Positions 62,065 to 64,000 of a stretch of DNA of 64,000 nucleotides are shown here, piece by piece. The notes under the pieces are model-generated. The model saw only the letters and a list, made by a program, of their open reading frames with translations, was not told the origin of the DNA and searched no databases. A program made the translations under genes and the position numbers. The DNA lies in the NCBI GenBank assembly GCA_965223795.1, contig CBDCXL010000002.1:2176001-2240000 (forward strand), read 5' to 3'. Position 1 is the first letter of the stretch, and each line of letters begins with the position of its first letter. The stretch is from Nitrospinales bacterium (GTDB lineage: Bacteria; Nitrospinota; Nitrospinia; Nitrospinales; VA-1).

Positions 62065-63714
62065 TCACTTCCTTAATTTGTGAATCCGGGCCTGACCCTT
62101 GCCGGCAGCGCCGGGATTCGGGCTGGCGCCGAGGATTTCCTTGCTCACGGTTTTTTCGTACTGCTTGAAATTTTCCACGAACAGACGGGCCAGTTCGCGT
62201 GCCTTTTCGTCGTAATCCTCCGCGCGCTTCCAGGTGTTGCGCGGGTTGAGCACCTCGTCCGGAACGCCTTCGATCTTGCTCGGAATGTTCAGGCCGAACA
62301 CCGGATCCTTGAACGTCTCGACGTTATTGATCTGGCCTTCCAGGATGGCCTTGATCATGGCGCGGGTGTGGGCGATCTTCATGCGGTGGCCCACGCCGTA
62401 GGCGCCGCCGGTCCAGCCGGTGTTGACGAGCCAGCAGTTGACTTTGTGCTTGGCGATCTTTTCGCCCAGCATGTTGGCGTACACCGAGGGGTGCAGCGTC
62501 ATGAACGGCGCGCCGAAGCAGGTGCTGAACGTGGCGGTGGGTTCGCGGCTCAGGCCCTTTTCGGTGCCCGCCACTTTCGCCGTGTAACCGGAGATGAAAT
62601 GATACATCGCCTGTTCGGGCGTGAGCTGGGCGATCGGAGGCATGACGCCGAACGCGTCGCAGGTCAGCATGATGACGTGTTTCGGGTGGCCGCCCATGCC
62701 GGACCGGGTGGCGTTTTCGATGTGCGAGATCGGATAGCTGGCGCGGGTGTTCTCGGTCAGGCTGGCGTCGTCGAGGTCCAGCCGGCGCGACTGCTCGTCC
62801 AGCACCACGTTTTCCAGAATGGTGCCGAAGTGCCGGGTGCAGTTGTAAATCGCCGGCTCCGCCTCGGGAGACAGCCTGATGACCTTGGCGTAGCAGCCGC
62901 CCTCGAAATTGAACACGCCCTTGTCGCTCCAGCCGTGCTCGTCGTCGCCGATCAGGATGCGGTTCGGGTCGGCGGAGAGGGTGGTCTTGCCGGTTCCCGA
63001 CAGGCCGAAAAAGATCGCCGTTTCGCCGCTTTCGTCCATGTTGGCGGAGCAGTGCATGGAAAGAACCGAATGCTTGTGCGGCAACAGATAATTGAGCACC
63101 GAGAAAATCGATTTTTTGATTTCGCCCGCGTAGCTGGTGCCGCCGATGAGCACCATCTGTTTGCCGTAGTCCACGATGACGAACACTTCGGAGTTGGTGC
63201 CGTCGATGGCCGGAACCGCCTTGAAGCCCGGAACCTGCACGACGGTGAAGGCCGGGACGTGGTTTTCCAGCTTCGCCAGGTCCTTGATCTGGATGAACAT
63301 GTTGCGGGCGAACAGGCTGTGCCAGGCGTTTTCGGTGATCACCCGGATGTGCAGCTGATGATTGGTGTCGGCGCCGGCGTAGCAGTCCTGCACGTACACC
63401 TGCTTGCCCTGCAGGTAAGCGAGGATGCGGGCGTACATGGCGTCGAACTGCTCGACGGAGAACGGCTTGGCGTTGTCCCACCAGATGTTTTCCTGGCTGG
63501 ACGGTTCCTGCACGATGAATTTGTCGTTGGGCGCGCGTCCGGTGTGCTCGCCGGTGCTGACGCAGAGCGGTCCCAGATGGGAGACCATGCCTTCGGAATT
63601 GCGGATGGCGTGTTCGTAAAGCTGCGGAGTGGACAGATTCCAGTGGATCTTGGTCAGGTTGCGAATTCCGTGGTGTTCCAACCCGATTTTGTGTTTCAGT
63701 ACTGTCTCAGGCAT
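62065..63714 (-). CDS. pckA: Phosphoenolpyruvate carboxykinase (ATP)
   Basis: YAGEIKK, MHCSAN, GLSGTGKTTLS, IGDDEHGW, NFEGGCYAK. Confidence 0.97.
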   Translation of the reverse strand: MPETVLKHKIGLEHHGIRNLTKIHWNLSTPQLYEHAIRNSEGMVSHLGPLCVSTGEHTGRAPNDKFIVQEPSSQENIWWDNAKPFSVEQFDAMYARILAYLQGKQVYVQDCYAGADTNHQLHIRVITENAWHSLFARNMFIQIKDLAKLENHVPAFTVVQVPGFKAVPAIDGTNSEVFVIVDYGKQMVLIGGTSYAGEIKKSIFSVLNYLLPHKHSVLSMHCSANMDESGETAIFFGLSGTGKTTLSADPNRILIGDDEHGWSDKGVFNFEGGCYAKVIRLSPEAEPAIYNCTRHFGTILENVVLDEQSRRLDLDDASLTENTRASYPISHIENATRSGMGGHPKHVIMLTCDAFGVMPPIAQLTPEQAMYHFISGYTAKVAGTEKGLSREPTATFSTCFGAPFMTLHPSVYANMLGEKIAKHKVNCWLVNTGWTGGAYGVGHRMKIAHTRAMIKAILEGQINNVETFKDPVFGLNIPSKIEGVPDEVLNPRNTWKRAEDYDEKARELARLFVENFKQYEKTVSKEILGASPNPGAAGKGQARIHKLRK

Positions 63715-64000
63715 GAAGGCATCTCCTTATTGTGGGGACCGGTGCGGCCGACCGCTAACACTTTGAAAAGGAAGACTCCTCGTCAAAGGGGCGGGGTGGT
63801 TTTTGTTGAATAAACGTTTGATATTATTTATATTAACATATGTTTGATTCGCCCGTAAATCATTTTCACCGGACGGTGAATTTGGGCGGATATGATGCCG
63901 GGAAGGCCGAAATCATCGCCGGGACGAAGTTTACAGGGCCGTTTTTACCTATTAGGATGGAAATTTTGCCTCCGGGAATCAAAAAACCATGAAAATTTTC

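Noticed and set aside
63825..63862. dif-like site (TTAACATA resembles a XerD arm)
   Set aside because: No matching XerC arm; it lies in the AT-rich pckA promoter and near a probable origin rather than the terminus

Overview
64 kb of GC-rich (coding GC3 very high) bacterial chromosome, mostly housekeeping genes. The gene repertoire and style suggest a Nitrospinota/deltaproteobacteria-like organism, but that is inference. Contents include recJ, rnhB, the ffh-rpsP-khpA-rimM-trmD-(Tm1570-like SPOUT)-rplS operon, queC, a Kef-type antiporter, moaB, rluD, rodA, rng, a NarK transporter, an ABC exporter, moeZ, pcm, a MEMO1 protein, gloA, algC, a B12 radical SAM/glycosyltransferase pair, htrA, cysDNC, cysS, dcd, scpB, rluB, mqnC, cobA-hemD, rsmA, pdxA and pckA. 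No rRNA, tRNA, CRISPR array or transposase was recognised. Most notable observations: (1) two independent loci (11.9-13.5 kb and 31.1-31.75 kb) where one or two small foreign-looking ORFs sit between convergent core genes, bracketed by the same modular short-period repeats in inverted orientation, with an identical 30-bp repeat 4-5 nt before the ATG of each AT-rich ORF; this is a candidate repeat-guided gene-cassette capture system. (2) A probable oriC (DnaA boxes, IHF sites, AT-rich tract) between rluD and rodA, with no dnaA in the window. (3) trmD separated from an in-frame Tm1570-like SPOUT domain by a single UGA, with no canonical start before the conserved N-terminal motif. (4) An intact, integron-integrase-like tyrosine recombinase gene that lacks the catalytic Tyr. 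(5) An 80-bp tandem triplication upstream of gloA that creates a coupled uORF.
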